Below are positions 37,376 through 50,544 of a stretch of 64,000 bases of DNA, one piece after another (position 1 is the stretch's first letter; each line of letters begins with the position of its first letter). The notes below the pieces were generated by a model. It searched no databases. It was not told where the DNA came from and saw only the letters and a program-made list of their open reading frames with translations. The position numbers were made by a program, and so were the translations under genes. This DNA is from Octopus sinensis (lineage: Eukaryota): assembly GCF_006345805.1 (NCBI RefSeq), contig NC_042999.1, forward strand, positions 85,064,001 through 85,128,000. The letters run 5' to 3'.

Positions 37376-37522
37376 CATATATATATATACATATATACAT
37401 ATATATATACATATATATATACATATATTCATATATAAATACATATATAATATATATGTGCATATATATATATATATATATATATTATACATATATTCAT
37501 ATAAAATACATATATATATATA

Positions 37523-37567
<45 letters not shown>

Positions 37568-37595
37568 CATATATATACATATCATATATAAATAC

Positions 37596-37693
<98 letters not shown>

Positions 37694-37862
37694 AACAAAG
37701 TTAAATGCGATACAATAAAATTAATTATAATCGCCGGTGTACAAGTACACGCCATATATTATTCATATATAAATTACATTTAAGGCGAAGTGTGCACTAG
37801 ATACACAAAAGCTGGATAAATTTAGTGAGATGAAAATTTAAAACTTTTACAAGCTTAGCTTT

Positions 37863-37935
37863 TCTTATAATGCAGTTTCGCCAAATTCAGTAATAAAAAT
37901 AATATTTATTTACTCAGGCTGGCTCTTCAGTAAGA
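37863..37935 (-). ncRNA. Hammerhead ribozyme, unit 1 (stem III G->U change)
   Basis: tctta-CTGAAGA-GCCA...TGGC-GAAAC-TGCA-TTA-taaga. Confidence 0.7.
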
Positions 37936-38263
37936 TTCCTGTTAATTATGGGAAGACCACATTAATAGACCCATGTGCGTCTACTGAAATGCTCTTGCTA
38001 AACTATTCAAAACACTGCGCAGACTCAGAACATACCCGACAAAATAGGGGATTCTGGTATATCGTCTAACGCTCAAAATTTATCAGAGAGAATGTAAACA
38101 AAGTTAAATGCGATACAATAAAATTAATTATAATCGCCGGTGTACCAGTACACGCCATATATTATTCATATATAAATTACATTTAAGGCGAAGTGTGCAC
38201 TAGATACACAAAAGCTGGATAAATTTAGTGAGAAAAATTTAAAACTTTTACAAACTTAGCTTT

Positions 38264-38336
38264 TCTTATACTGCAGTTTCGCCAAATTCAGTAATAAAAA
38301 TAATATTTATTTACTCAGGCTGGCTCTTCAGTAAGA
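38264..38336 (-). ncRNA. Hammerhead ribozyme, unit 2 (intact core)
   Basis: tctta-CTGAAGA-GCCA-(36 nt, partly paired)-TGGC-GAAAC-TGCA-GTA-taaga: complete core, G10.1-C11.1, palindromic stem III ACTGCAGT, GUA site. Confidence 0.88.
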
Positions 38337-38668
38337 TTCCTGTTAATTATGGGAAGACCATATTAATATACCCATGTGCGTCTACTGAAATGCTCTTGCT
38401 AAACTATTCAAAACACTGCGCAGACTCAGAACATACCCGACAAAATAGGGGATTCTGGTATATCGTCTAACGCTCAGAAATTTATCGAGAGAATATGTAA
38501 ACAAAGTTAAATGCGATACAATAAAATTAATTATAATCGCCGGTGTACCAGTACACGCCATATATTATTCATATATAAATTACATTTAAGGCGAAGTGTG
38601 CACTAGATACACAAAAGCTGGATAAATTTAGTGAGATGAAAATTTAAAACTTTTACAAACTTAGCTTT

Positions 38669-38741
38669 TCTTATACTGCAGTTTCGCCAAATTCAGTAAT
38701 AAAAATAATATTTATTTACTCAGGCTGGCTCTTCAGTAAGA
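38669..38741 (-). ncRNA. Hammerhead ribozyme, unit 3 (intact core)
   Basis: Same motif as unit 2. Confidence 0.88.
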
Positions 38742-38834
38742 TTCCTGTTAATTATGGGAAGACCATATTAATAGACCCATGTGCGTCTACTGAAATGCTC
38801 TTTCTAAACTATTCAAAACACTGCACAGACTCAG

Positions 38835-38874
<40 letters not shown>

Positions 38875-38901
38875 TATATATATATATATATATAATTATA
38901 T

Positions 38902-38932
<31 letters not shown>

Positions 38933-38939
<7 letters not shown>

Positions 38940-39074
38940 GTCGATAGCCAATGGCGAAAGGAGATAATCCTCTTGCTTACATTTGTACGGTGCCTTTCCC
39001 CTCCATATTTTGAAGAGGCCTTTGGCCAACAGTTTTGAGGTCTGACGAAACGCCATAAAGTTAAACCCTTTATG
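38933..39074. repeat. ~143-bp element, inverted partner of 35616-35759
   Basis: See the partner feature. Confidence 0.9.
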
Positions 39075-39186
39075 AACGGGAAACCCAGAGTAATCCCATA
39101 ACCGGTCTTCCCCAGTAAAATATATATACCGCTCTACATCTTAGAGTGTGCTTCTTCTCCGGTTTTTATATTTTCTACACAAGCGG

Positions 39187-39248
<62 letters not shown>

Positions 39249-39254
39249 ATATAT

Positions 39255-39286
<32 letters not shown>

Positions 39287-39291
39287 GTATA

Positions 39292-39322
<31 letters not shown>

Positions 39323-39959
39323 ATGTATAAAGCGGAGATCTGATGTTGGCTATATATAGAGAGAGATTTAATGTTGGTGATATATATACATATATATATT
39401 GCGAACATTAAATGTCCGCTTCATTAGGATGGTAGATTATAGTTTTGCTCCCACATTAATTCACAAGGTTCCAGGGAATGCATGTTATATTTAGCGCAAG
39501 TGACCTAAGTGTTACACCAGCTTATTCAACCGAGAACCGATGGGCAAGCCAGAGACCCTATACATAAGCACTCAAGATGCAGGAAATAGCAGCCAAAATG
39601 CTCTTTTAAAATACACTCCACCATAATAGAAATGGGAAGAACACATCAGCGAATCCATAAATGACAGAATGGTCATGTCTGGAATGCCTCTACTCATAAA
39701 GCCACTCAATCAGTTTTTTCATTAGGCTAAACAACAACCGACAATTGAGTAAATATAGTTTATCAAAGTGCTATGTCGCCTACTGCGTTGAACTATCACC
39801 CTGCAGTCTGCCATAGTGTACAGAGTATGGTAAATCATCATTGAATGTCAGATTGTGATGTATGGTACTCGGTTAGGCAAAATTATTATGTAAGTGAAAA
39901 CACAGACTCCTATAGGTCTCTCCGAATAAGGCTGACCTGATTCTAAACAGTAACAACTA

Positions 39960-40160
39960 CATTCCCTCTATTTATCTGACAAAATGTTCAAACTTGAACT
40001 TTGTAAATGGTGACACTTACTCTCATACATAACTTGTTCATGGCTCTATGTAGTAATATAAGCCGTTGTGAAACTTTGGCACATACAATGTAGATGTGTT
40101 CTGTCCATCTCACCTTGTTGTTTATAGTTACACCTAGAATCTCAAGCTTCTTTTTTTTAT
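39960..40160 (-). pseudogene. CR1/L2-like LINE thumb-domain fragment
   Basis: KLEILGVTINNKVRWTEHIYIVCAKVSQRLILL matches LGV.ID.KL.W..HI..V..K.S.RL..L. Confidence 0.5.
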
Positions 40161-40419
40161 TCCCAAGCTGTAATTCAAGGTTTGGTGGGCATTTTTGTTT
40201 TTGTTTTGTTTTGTTTTGTTTTTTGTTTTGTTTTGTTGAATCCGTCGCTTTTTACTCTCATAGCTCAAACATTACTTTCCAATCATCTGTCGATTTTTCA
40301 TCCTAACAATAGCTGTTAATTTAGCTTCTGCAAGGTCGTTTTCTCTTGCTCGTGTTTTCTGATGCAGTTATCAGCATACACGTACAACAAGCTATTACTG
40401 ACGTTATCTAGAATATCTA

Positions 40420-41110
40420 TAAAAACTATTTATAAAAGTTGCCTGTATATTGATTTATATAGAATTTACGCATTGATATGTAACAAATCAGAGGATTAAA
40501 ATGGTTATCTCTGATGGATCTCCTATTAAGATATATTCGAAGCATCCTTAGCAGTTCTTTACGTAGTGTAGATTCCATTATACCACATTCTGTCAATGTT
40601 TCTTTTAATACTCCAATAGCATTTATTTCTTGACTCACGTCTAAATATTTATTTGATGTTAGGAATTACCTTCTAGAAATGAGTTCATTTTTCAAGTCGA
40701 TTAGCAGTTATTTATTAATTGGTGATAAATTTGCTGATGATGTTCGGTAATGTTAATGATCGGTTGTTTACTAGATTAGATCTGGATTTTCTCTGGTATA
40801 TAGGACTTCTTTGAGTGTTTTTCTATTAGTTTAGAAATTCGCTGCAAATATAGCAGAGGTTAAATTGATGATACAGAGTTGAGACTGGTTTATTTCAGCA
40901 TTCTTCCAAATATTGTTCTAGAAGTTGATCAACAATGTTAGGTGTATCAGATTTGGCTTCTTGTAATATTTCCATAATATTTATTGTTTTTAAGATCAAG
41001 TTGTTTCGCTGTACGAGAAGATTATTTAATACTCGGTGATTGTTCATCTTTATTTGGTGTGCAACTCTAATTATATGATTTCCGTCCTTAACAGAAGAAA
41101 CACACACTCA
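40420..41110 (-). pseudogene. Possible R4/Dong-like pre-RT region relic
   Basis: RRSIRDNHFNPLICYISMRKFY loosely parallels the R...N.LF..N.RKFY segment upstream of RT in RLE LINEs. Weak. Confidence 0.3.
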
Positions 41111-41899
41111 GGAAAGACAATACATTCGCAGACAAATGTAGTCCGTTTGATCCCATTAGTAAGCAGTTTATAGTACAATTGGACTAGTAGCTAACCATAA
41201 CGACAATATATTACTTCTCTACCACATAAATAATGGAGAAATTATCACCAATAGAAAGATCATTCTCACAAACCTTCTCTAGCCATAATATTGAAGAATA
41301 AAGCAATGTACGGTTGAAATGAAGTCGCAACATATCACCCCATAAAAGTATCCCAACATTGTCTAATTAGAATTTCTACACTGCTCAAAAGAATTTAATT
41401 AAGAAATATATCTAATACAAGTCAGTGACAGTAAAGAACGACGACATTCAGAAAATATATCTAGAGACAAAAATATTTGTTTAAACAAAGAACAGAAGTC
41501 TCAAATTGGTTAAATGAACAAATAAATAGAGAAGAACACTGCGAAAAATGTCACTCAGAGGTCTTCAAGTTAAAAGATACTTAATTGAAAATGAAAGTTA
41601 GAAACGAAAACTGAACAGTAGAAATCAAATACCATTTCTAAAGTCTTCTGTAATTTCTCAAAGGAAACGGGTTTATGCGCACCACAAAATTATATTATTT
41701 TCTGACGTACATAATCACTTTCTGAACAATTTATATAATTCAGTTAGTGTAATCTGAGTTATATATTTACTGCAATGTAATTAACGCAGTAAATATATAA
41801 ACCTGGGTAAATTACAAAAACAGAGAGGAATATACATGGATCATCAATGTCGGTAAACCTATGTTCAAAGTAAATGAACAGAAATTGTCAAGATAACTG

Positions 41900-42950
41900 G
41901 AAGGAGAAAAGAAAAGTTATAAGGGAAAATATGTTTATCGAAGAAATATAATTTAGTTGAGCCTCTTCTTTCATAGAAAAATGCATTGACTTTGTAGTCA
42001 TATTCAAGAGAGAAATATTTGAAGTAATGTGGTAGGCAAGGTGCAGTATCAGGTCGCTAGAAAAGAAGCTAGATGTCAAGTATATATGACAAGGAGAGAA
42101 GCTAAATCTAAGAGACTTATCATTGTTCTGAGCTGAGAAAATCAGAGAGATGAAGTGTTCTATATTATGGATCATTATACCAATGTGAATCTGAAGATAG
42201 ACTTTGTAAAATGTAAAAAATCTGAAAAAGCAGGAAGTCCACTAAGATTAGTTGTCTAGATGTTGAAAATATCTAATACAGTAGGATGCATGCAATTCAC
42301 TCATCTACGTATCAAGCATTGCATAAACATATATCTGATGACTATAGTGATATCAGAATCGTCAACTTATATACAGACAAATTCTTTGAAAACAAATAAT
42401 GACAACGACATTAAATTGATGCAGTAAATCATGAATGTGTTGAGGAAGACTGGAACATATAAGAGTGAGAATTAGTTTAGTTGGACATTGATGCAATCTT
42501 TTTAGTGAGACAACCTAGAAGTTTTTAAACAAGAGCAAAACTATACATCTTGTATTTATTGATCTGAAAAAAAGTTGTGACAGATTTAGAAATGATTAGC
42601 TTTTGAGAGCTGTACAAGCTATTAGCAAAGTAAGCGTTAACAACGAATTCAATGAAGAATTTAGTATGAATGAGAATCTTTAAGCTTTCCTGTTTATTTT
42701 CAGACAATAACTTAAGAGATCAAAACCGACCTTTCATGGGAACAACGGTTTGGTACTTAACAGCTGAATTAGTAACCTGCATGCTCAGAGGAGTACAAGT
42801 CATTATAGTACTAGCAGAAAAATATAGAACGAGAAGACACAATCTATGGGGCTGAATACTATATTCGAGTGTATAGTGGGAGCCTAGTTCTAATCATGAG
42901 TAGTTTTTGATGATTTACCTCAAACAAGCTCTGTAGAGAATCAGTAAATA
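41900..42950 (+). pseudogene. Decayed RTE-clade reverse transcriptase
   Basis: VRQ..KFLNKSKTIHLVFIDLKK, SKVSVNNEFNEEFSM and a PWE..DDLVL-like segment (tgggaacaacggtttggtacttaacagctgaa) in the expected order. Confidence 0.6.
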
Positions 42951-43709
42951 TTCAGAGCTGAAGAGTTTGTTCTTTCTAGCCTGAAGAACAAGGTTAGTTT
43001 GTAGCATGCAGATTTAGGTATATGATGAATGTGAGGTCGCCAAACGATATTATTTTAAGTGATGGTGAGGCCTAACACATGAAATGATTCTGAGGGCTTT
43101 AGTTGCATGTTACCCTAGATTTTTTTCCACGATTTCAACAATGATTGTGTATTTTGTGTTGTGTATGTTGATATTTGCGAATACTTTTGAGGCATTTTTT
43201 CACAGATGTTGCACATGTCGAACACTGAATATAAAGGTTGCATCTGACTAACGCCTGTAGGCAGGCTAACAAGAAATAGGTTAGAGGCGACTGCACGTAA
43301 TTTAGGGAATGCAAAGGAAGAGTATTAGAAACATAACCGTCCCTTGGATCACGCAAAAATTAATACAGCGTGAGTCTGAAAGAGAGCATAAACAGCGTAC
43401 GCTGTGATCTGAAAGGGAGTTTTCTAATCCGAGATATTGTGAAATAAACCGATCCCAACAGCTGAGTACAAATTTCATCTACTTTAACAGGATAAAAAAT
43501 GAAGTTGATACAAACCAGATTTGAAATTCAAATATCACAGCCGACGACATAAGCTTCTTAACATTTACTAGATATGATACTGTGAGTCTATGGTACAATT
43601 TAAGTAGCCTCATGTTCTCGGGTTTAATTATAAACTTGAAAAGCTTTTAAACTTCATGTATAAACAATTCCACGACTGTTAAGAAACCCAATTACAAATA
43701 ATTACAAAT

Positions 43710-43782
<73 letters not shown>

Positions 43783-43787
43783 CAGAC

Positions 43788-43843
<56 letters not shown>

Positions 43844-43966
43844 ACACACAATTGCAGCATAGGTGTTTATAAGCCATTTAAAAACAAACACAAAAACCGT
43901 TAGATTAACTTCAACGTTTAAATTTAATGGTCACTTGCTTGCTATGCAAGTACATCTCCGTATATA

Positions 43967-44017
<51 letters not shown>

Positions 44018-44829
44018 TATATAACCCCGAATAACAATATACGAAAAGGATATTAAAAACAATGAAATATAAAACTGCGTTCTTCCGAAATGAAGCGATT
44101 AACATATCGATTGCATCTAATAGCGGGAAAAAAATCAAGGGACGTAACTCTTTAAAACGTTTAGCAAGTTATTTCCCCTCATAGAAGACCACTTCCTATT
44201 GTAGAATATTTTGTAATTTACTTTTAGGGAAGAAGATTTTACCGTTGAAAGCACGCGCGAGTATGTGTATGTTTTTTTTGTATTTTTTTTTGCGTATGTA
44301 TGTGAAGAATTAAAAGATGTTGATAACACATTAATAGCATGTAACGGCGGTATACGCACATACACATATACACACACAAACATATACGACAACGGTACTT
44401 ATTTTTTTCTAAACCGGCTAAATATTCTATCGGACGTTTTTTGCCGAACCGCTATGTTACGCGACATAAACACCACTGATTGTCAAGTGGTGGGAAAATG
44501 TTCAAACACATATATGCATACACACATATATACATGGAAACATGTAGCTGAGAAGTAAGCTTCTTGCCATACAGCCACGCCTGCGCCTAAATACATACAT
44601 GTATGTATATATGTATATCTTTCTCTGTAAGTATACATACAAACATGCAGTCATACGCACACATACATACACATCTATACAGATATGAGCATGCACACGC
44701 ACACACCGCACGTCAAACCTTCATTGATTCTGTAAGCGGAGTTCATGGTTACATCCTCCAGTGAGATCATGGCAACGATGTCTCTTTTTAACTGCAAAAT
44801 AAAATATGAGACAACACGAACAAAACCTC

Positions 44830-45400
44830 CATCACAACATTCCCACCCTTCTAAACATTCGCAGCATTCTGTTAGATCCCTCACAGTGACAATAAATGCT
44901 AGGTTTCACTTTCACCGAGGATCTCTACATCGCTTCGGGGCCAGAGGATAATTATCTCCCCATCAGTCGATGACATTCTACAAAGCTCAAATGAAAGCCA
45001 CAATGAGCTACCACACCAACATTTGGGAAAATGTTCTTGCTACGCATATCTGTTCTGGTCCACATGCAGAAAAAAGCCACTCAGCTTACTGGTATCAAAC
45101 CACTAACGAACACACAAGCGCGTTGTCTGCTGCCTGTGACTTAGTGGCTTTTCTGTCCCTATAATAATGGTCAGTGCACCTCCACCACTCAGGTACTCTG
45201 ACCAACACGTCTCTGCTTCTCGTTACTCTTGATGCATCTCACAACCCATTCCCGTCCACGTTAACCATGGTGTCTAGCACATCCTTTCAAGATCCTCTAG
45301 GATCGTCTTTTTGTACATATCTTCCTAGCAGGTGTTGACCTGCAATGGCTCAAAGGTTTAAACGAAACATTAACAACATCGAGCTCACCGATATCAAAAG
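44830..45400 (+). pseudogene. CR1-like LINE 3' end relic
   Basis: LGFTFTEDL, FYKAQMKATMSYHTNIW (LYKAQVRP.MEYCSHIW), FKRNINNIEL. Confidence 0.5.
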
Positions 45401-46124
45401 GCTTGCAACAATCATGAGCTCTGGTCCTTTCTCCAGAAACTGTTAGTAAAAAAGAAATATGCTGCTTGTGTATTTATCATTATTAATTATTAATGCTTCC
45501 TCCGACAAACACAAGGTAGGCAAATCAATGTAGCTGTCACTGCAAACTCCTAGTTTACGCTTGGCTTAAATAGTTATTTGTTATAAGTTCTCTTCATGTG
45601 CAAAGAGATGAGAGGAGGGATACTTGTCTGTGAAACATGTCAAGGTAATTTCCTTTGCTTTTGTGTGTTCAAAGAGAATAACAAGATATAGTGACTTTTT
45701 TAATATTCTACAGAAAAAGTCTAAAACTGTAGTTTAGCTAATCTCAATTTATCTTACGTTTTCTACAGCACACTGTATTACGAATAGACATTAAATAACT
45801 ATTTAATTACTCCGCCGACAAACGTACAGTATGCAAATTAGTTGTGCCATTACAGCCAAGCTCTAAATAGTAATTTCTTATCAGCTCTCTTTGTGAACTG
45901 TGAAATAAGAGTTATGCTTTTGTAATGGGCTAGAATAATTTCGTAGCATATATGTTGCTTATATTTTCAAGGGGCATACAGAAAGAAACAATCGGAAGGT
46001 CGTGGATGTGCTAAACTTCAATTTGCGTAATTATTTTAGGATTTCAAACTTACTTAACACGCATCTACTTTCACTTTCCTTGTGCGTCGTCTTCTCTATA
46101 TTCCATCTCCTCTACAGTACTTTG

Positions 46125-46335
46125 CCGTTTGTTCCACTCTCCTATTTCGACGAACTGGCAGAATCCTTAGCACGTCGTACAGAATGCTAAGTAGCATTTC
46201 TTCCGACTCATTACGATGTGAGTTCAAATTCCGCCGAGGTCGGCTTTGCCTTTCATTTTTGGAGCACTTGGGTCAATGTAATTGGATAGGCCCCTCCCTC
46301 AAAATTTCAATTCCTGTGCCTATAATATAAAGAAT
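46125..46335 (+). mobile_element. SINE family B (plus orientation)
   Basis: gacgaactggcagaatccttagcacg ... gagttcaaattccgccgaggtcggctttgcctttcat. Confidence 0.8.
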
Positions 46336-46344
46336 TATTATTAA

Positions 46345-47095
46345 GTCTTTGGCATGGCAGTGTTACATAGGGGCATTACCTGTTCGAGACAAGCTTTTCA
46401 GGTATAGACCTTCCAACAGCAGAACCTGCCCGTGATGCTTGCAGAGGGCCGAACCCGTCCTGCATGCAATAATTCAGTGTCCGTGCATTAGAAAGTTGTG
46501 AGTTTGTGTGAAACAGCTGTTATCGCGTGTAAGATAAATTCAGCTGTCTGTCGAGTGCATAGTGAAGATCGACGCACAACTTTTCCTTAGCAGAGAAGGA
46601 AGGCAGATCTTTCTCTGCTTAGTGTCTGTGGTAAAAGAGGTTGTGTGATGGACCTGTCTGAAAGATTTGAAGACAGGCAATTTCCTATCTAGCCAAGCCC
46701 TCATCAATTTCTTCGAATATCATTTGAAGAGGAAGGTGAGAGTAGAGAGGGTGGTGCTGCCTTTTAGTGTGTTTATCAAAAGGTGGTCGACAGTGGCAAT
46801 ACTGGTGAGACTGAATAGATCTACTCTAAATATGCTTTTCTAAACGGGAGGAAAGAACCTGAAAGAGGGCATTTTCCCAAGCCTTGGAGATGGCAGAATA
46901 ATCCAGGATTTTCGTGTGAGTTTACTCCGGATTACCCTAAGTGGACTGCCCCATTGGGGATTCTATTTATTTATTATTTATTTCCCTACGTTCTATTATA
47001 TATCCTCCGTTGCATCCTTTGTAGTAATATCTCCCCTTGGTTGATGTTAACCCCACAAATTTTTGTAGTCTTTTACTTTGTTGTTGTTGTTGTTG

Positions 47096-47128
<33 letters not shown>

Positions 47129-47219
47129 CGTGTGTGCGTGCGTGCGTGTGTGTATGTGTGTGTGTGTGTGTGTGTGGTGTGTGTGTGTGTGTGGTGTGTG
47201 TGTGTGCGTGTGTGTGTGT

Positions 47220-47268
<49 letters not shown>

Positions 47269-47340
47269 TGTAACTCGTCCTTCTATATTGTCTTTCATGC
47301 CTTGGGCCCTTGTGCCCAATAGAATTATCATTATTATTGT
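46345..47340 (+). mobile_element. Tx1/L1-like LINE 3' end (zinc-knuckle domain) plus 3' UTR interrupted by (TG)n
   Basis: WQCYIGALPVRDKLFRYRPSNSRTCP*CLQRAEPVLHAIIQCP matches the zf-RVT motif W....ALP....L......CP.C....ET..H....CP, followed by an open C-terminal helix region ending ~46830. Confidence 0.7.
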
Positions 47341-48682
47341 TGCTGTTGTTATAACAACTATCTTATGATAACAAAAGTTTGAGTGAATGACTTGAGCGTG
47401 GACCGACAGAATGAGTAAACCGTTGAAGAAGACTATGGCAAAGAAGATTTAGCTTGTTATCCTCTTAGTTTCAATGGAATATAGTTCCAATCAGTCACTG
47501 GATACAACATAGTTGATTATAGTCCGCTTAAAATAAGGTACCTTACATATGCGGCACAAATCAATATTTAGATAGTCGCGTATCCTCACTCCAAATGATA
47601 GGGTGAGAACATTCACTAGTCATGAATAACTTATGACTAATATTTAAAAGACTTCACTATAATATTTGTGTACAATTCTTTTCTACTTCACTTACGTCAC
47701 TAAAATACCGGCCAATTGGTCTAAATGTCGCGATTCATTTGAACCAATGGCCTTAGATGTTCAGAATTTCAATATACGACACTATGTGAAAAGCAAATCT
47801 AAGAATATATCTATCAGATCTGGAAAATAACTTAAAGACAAATCCCAAATGGTATAACTGTACATGAGAAATTGAAGAATAGGGTGCCATTCCAGATTTG
47901 AGAGACTGAAATAAATTAAAAGCTTTCATCTAACTCCAGATAAGTGCATGAAACTAATCGAATATTACTATTCAAGGGAAATTACTCTCCAAAACCTTTA
48001 GAGTAACTTCCCTTGACACAAAAACAATAACGTTATATAAATATTTAAATACTTTTTGTAGTACTATAGGTATTTCTACACTTAATTAGCGGGAGAGTAC
48101 AGTATCCAGTCCAACATTGCATTATATCATTTTAAATTACGAATTAGTTGACCTCCTTTGGTGAGAACTAGTGATTTTTAAAAAATTACTTCGATGATAC
48201 ACTGGTGCACGTTGAGAAGATCGCTTGGCAAAATCGCGTGGTTCTGGATTAATCTTTTCAGCACGGTCCATGGCAATTTAGTTCAGCGCCTTCATTCAGG
48301 CGGCGAATCGTTAAAGCGTGAAATAAAGTGCCTTGTAGTATTTGCCCCGTCTCTCTACGCCTGAAGTTTGAATCCCACCGAGGTGAATTACTGGAGTCGG
48401 ATGAGAATGCCTCGTAGGATTTGTTCTAGCTTTTTGCATTCCAAGTTCTTCAGTGAAGATCAAATCCATCAGTCGGTTACACAATATTGATAATGGTTCC
48501 TTAGTATGATTTAAATCAAATTTGCTGAATTATTGAAAGAATAATATTATATAATCCCACAAAGAACCTAATTTAAGTGAAATAAAAAGTAACTTAAGAA
48601 ATCATATACAAAGTTTGTTTACATATAAAAAAAAAAAACACGAACTATTATAGTTCTTAAATTTGACAGGAAAAGGGAGGCT

Positions 48683-48745
48683 GATTCGCTGGTGTAAAGG
48701 TAACACACTTAGGGAAGAGGGTTCGACTCCCCTAGGGATAGGAAA
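48683..48745 (+). other. tRNA-like fragment (A/B boxes, no anticodon arm): SINE head or tRNA pseudogene
   Basis: cgctggtgtaaaggtaacac (D-arm gtgt/acac) ... gagggttcgactcccct (T-loop GTTCGAC). Confidence 0.4.
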
Positions 48746-48898
48746 GCCTTCTTTTTTCTGTCGCGGGCTTATATGCCCCTCTTTTAGACTATGGTGATCG
48801 CCATAAGCTTTAAGCTTGAATAAAAATACCATTATTATTATTATTTACAGGATTGTAAAAACGGCGCCGTATAAAAAAAAAACCAATCGCACTAAAAT

Positions 48899-48930
<32 letters not shown>

Positions 48931-49889
48931 AGTGAATTTGGAGGGATATATTATCCTGGCAGATACCGTATTAGCTCTCAGTTAAGTTCAAGTTAACGAC
49001 TAACCACAACCATAAGTATTTAACGTCTGTGGCCACAATTTGTTGTAAGTCAATCCGTGGTTTCTTCCGGTGGGTAATTCCGTGTACTTTTCGCTGGGCG
49101 GTAAAAATTGTCTCGAGTATATATTAATATTAATCATAAAGCGTATGGAAACTTGTACATCCACAAAACTTATTTTATAATTATATACACCATATTATAA
49201 TGACCTACACGTGTTTGTGCTGCAGCGGAAACATACATACATATATGTAATTAAATTAATTGGACATTGAGTTGAAAGGTTTACTACGAATCAACAAATG
49301 TATCCAATGTAATATAATTACCAGCAATATGACTGAAGCTGTTTGTATAGACATTTTTATAGCTAAAAGCTGAATCAAAATTAGCATACTTGCTTAAGTA
49401 TGTTAATTACTGATATGACAAGTGAAACACGTTTGGTTTAGAGCGCCCTCCCTAACATAGAGTATGATATAGTACTCTCACTGGTATACTTAGAAATGAT
49501 GGTTTGCATATATAGTATATTTGATAAACTAAAAAGGAAAAAGATGGTCTTCAGTATGATTAAACTACTGTTTAAAATGCAGTTTAAAATGTCTGAATGC
49601 TTCGAGCTTCCATATTATTAACCATGACTTTTATTGTCATATGCCCTTCGTAATTGGTGTATAGATATTGCAAGGGATTTGGACCTTAAAAACGTGGTGA
49701 TAGCATATGCTAAAAATAGCAGCCATGTATATATCAAAACACAGATTAAATTTCATAAAGAACACATTCAAGGTATGGTTTTGACCATGCCTGCTCTGTC
49801 ACAGACGACCATACCCAAAGAAAAGCAATAAGAATAAGTTTAAAGCCAAAGTTTGCATGCTAATATATTTTATTTAAGAACGTTATTAT

Positions 49890-49924
<35 letters not shown>

Positions 49925-50055
49925 ATATACACGCCTATATATTATGTATGCGCGTGTGTGGGTATATGTATTGACATATTATTATGAGTATATGTTGTTA
50001 AACTTTTTCAATAATCGTTAGAGAAGAAGTCATGTCCCGAAGAAAACAGCTTGCG

Positions 50056-50099
50056 TCAATTAACAGCCTTAGTCATTTTCGGAATTTCATCCAACATTA
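50056..50099 (-). CDS. Candidate terminal coding exon of the PAN-domain gene (xMLDEIPKMTKAVN*)
   Basis: Strong acceptor tatttacttttgttttttgcag ending at 50100. Its phase matches the phase-1 donor of the PAN exon, and there is an AATAAA ~185 nt after the stop (49868-49873). No protein homology support. Confidence 0.35.
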
Positions 50100-50544
50100 C
50101 TGCAAAAAACAAAAGTAAATATTTATATTACTGGAGTGTTAACAGTGCACAGATTAGAATGTACTACACAATAATATTTAGATCTTAGCCAACATTGTAT
50201 GCGTAGATGGTTGCAAACTGCTTGTCTTTATATTCAGTGTTTTAATAGACAGAAAAAGAATAACTAGCCGGGCTGTGCTGAACCCTGAGGTAGGATTTTA
50301 TCAGTGACTAATATTCCCCTAAAATGCACACGGTGACGCTGTTTATGAAGCCACTATAACTGATGACGTGTCCTCAGCAGGTGTTTCGGTTAACATAGGT
50401 GCGTTATTATGATGTCATATTTCAGAGTTACCTTGGAATAAAGAATATATTTTTATAGGTCTTATTCAACAGTGCTTATGCCAGTCACTTGTCCTTTATG
50501 GATGTAACAACCTCTATTTGTATTTATAATAATAATGATAGTTT

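Larger units (their letters stand above)
37692..38840 (-). mobile_element. Tandem array of a 403-bp unit (2.85 copies), each with a type I hammerhead: candidate non-LTR retrozyme
   Basis: Units start at 37692, 38095 and 38498 (plus coordinates) and are highly similar. No ORF. Flanked on both sides by (TA)n. Confidence 0.85.

Noticed and set aside
37692-38840. CRISPR-like or gene-duplication interpretation of the tandem array
   Set aside because: The units are 403 bp with no unique spacers and no ORF, in a eukaryotic context with no cas genes.
47690-47820. Minus-strand acceptor (ttattttccag) and donor (gtaagt) pair suggesting an exon
   Set aside because: All three frames contain stops between the sites.
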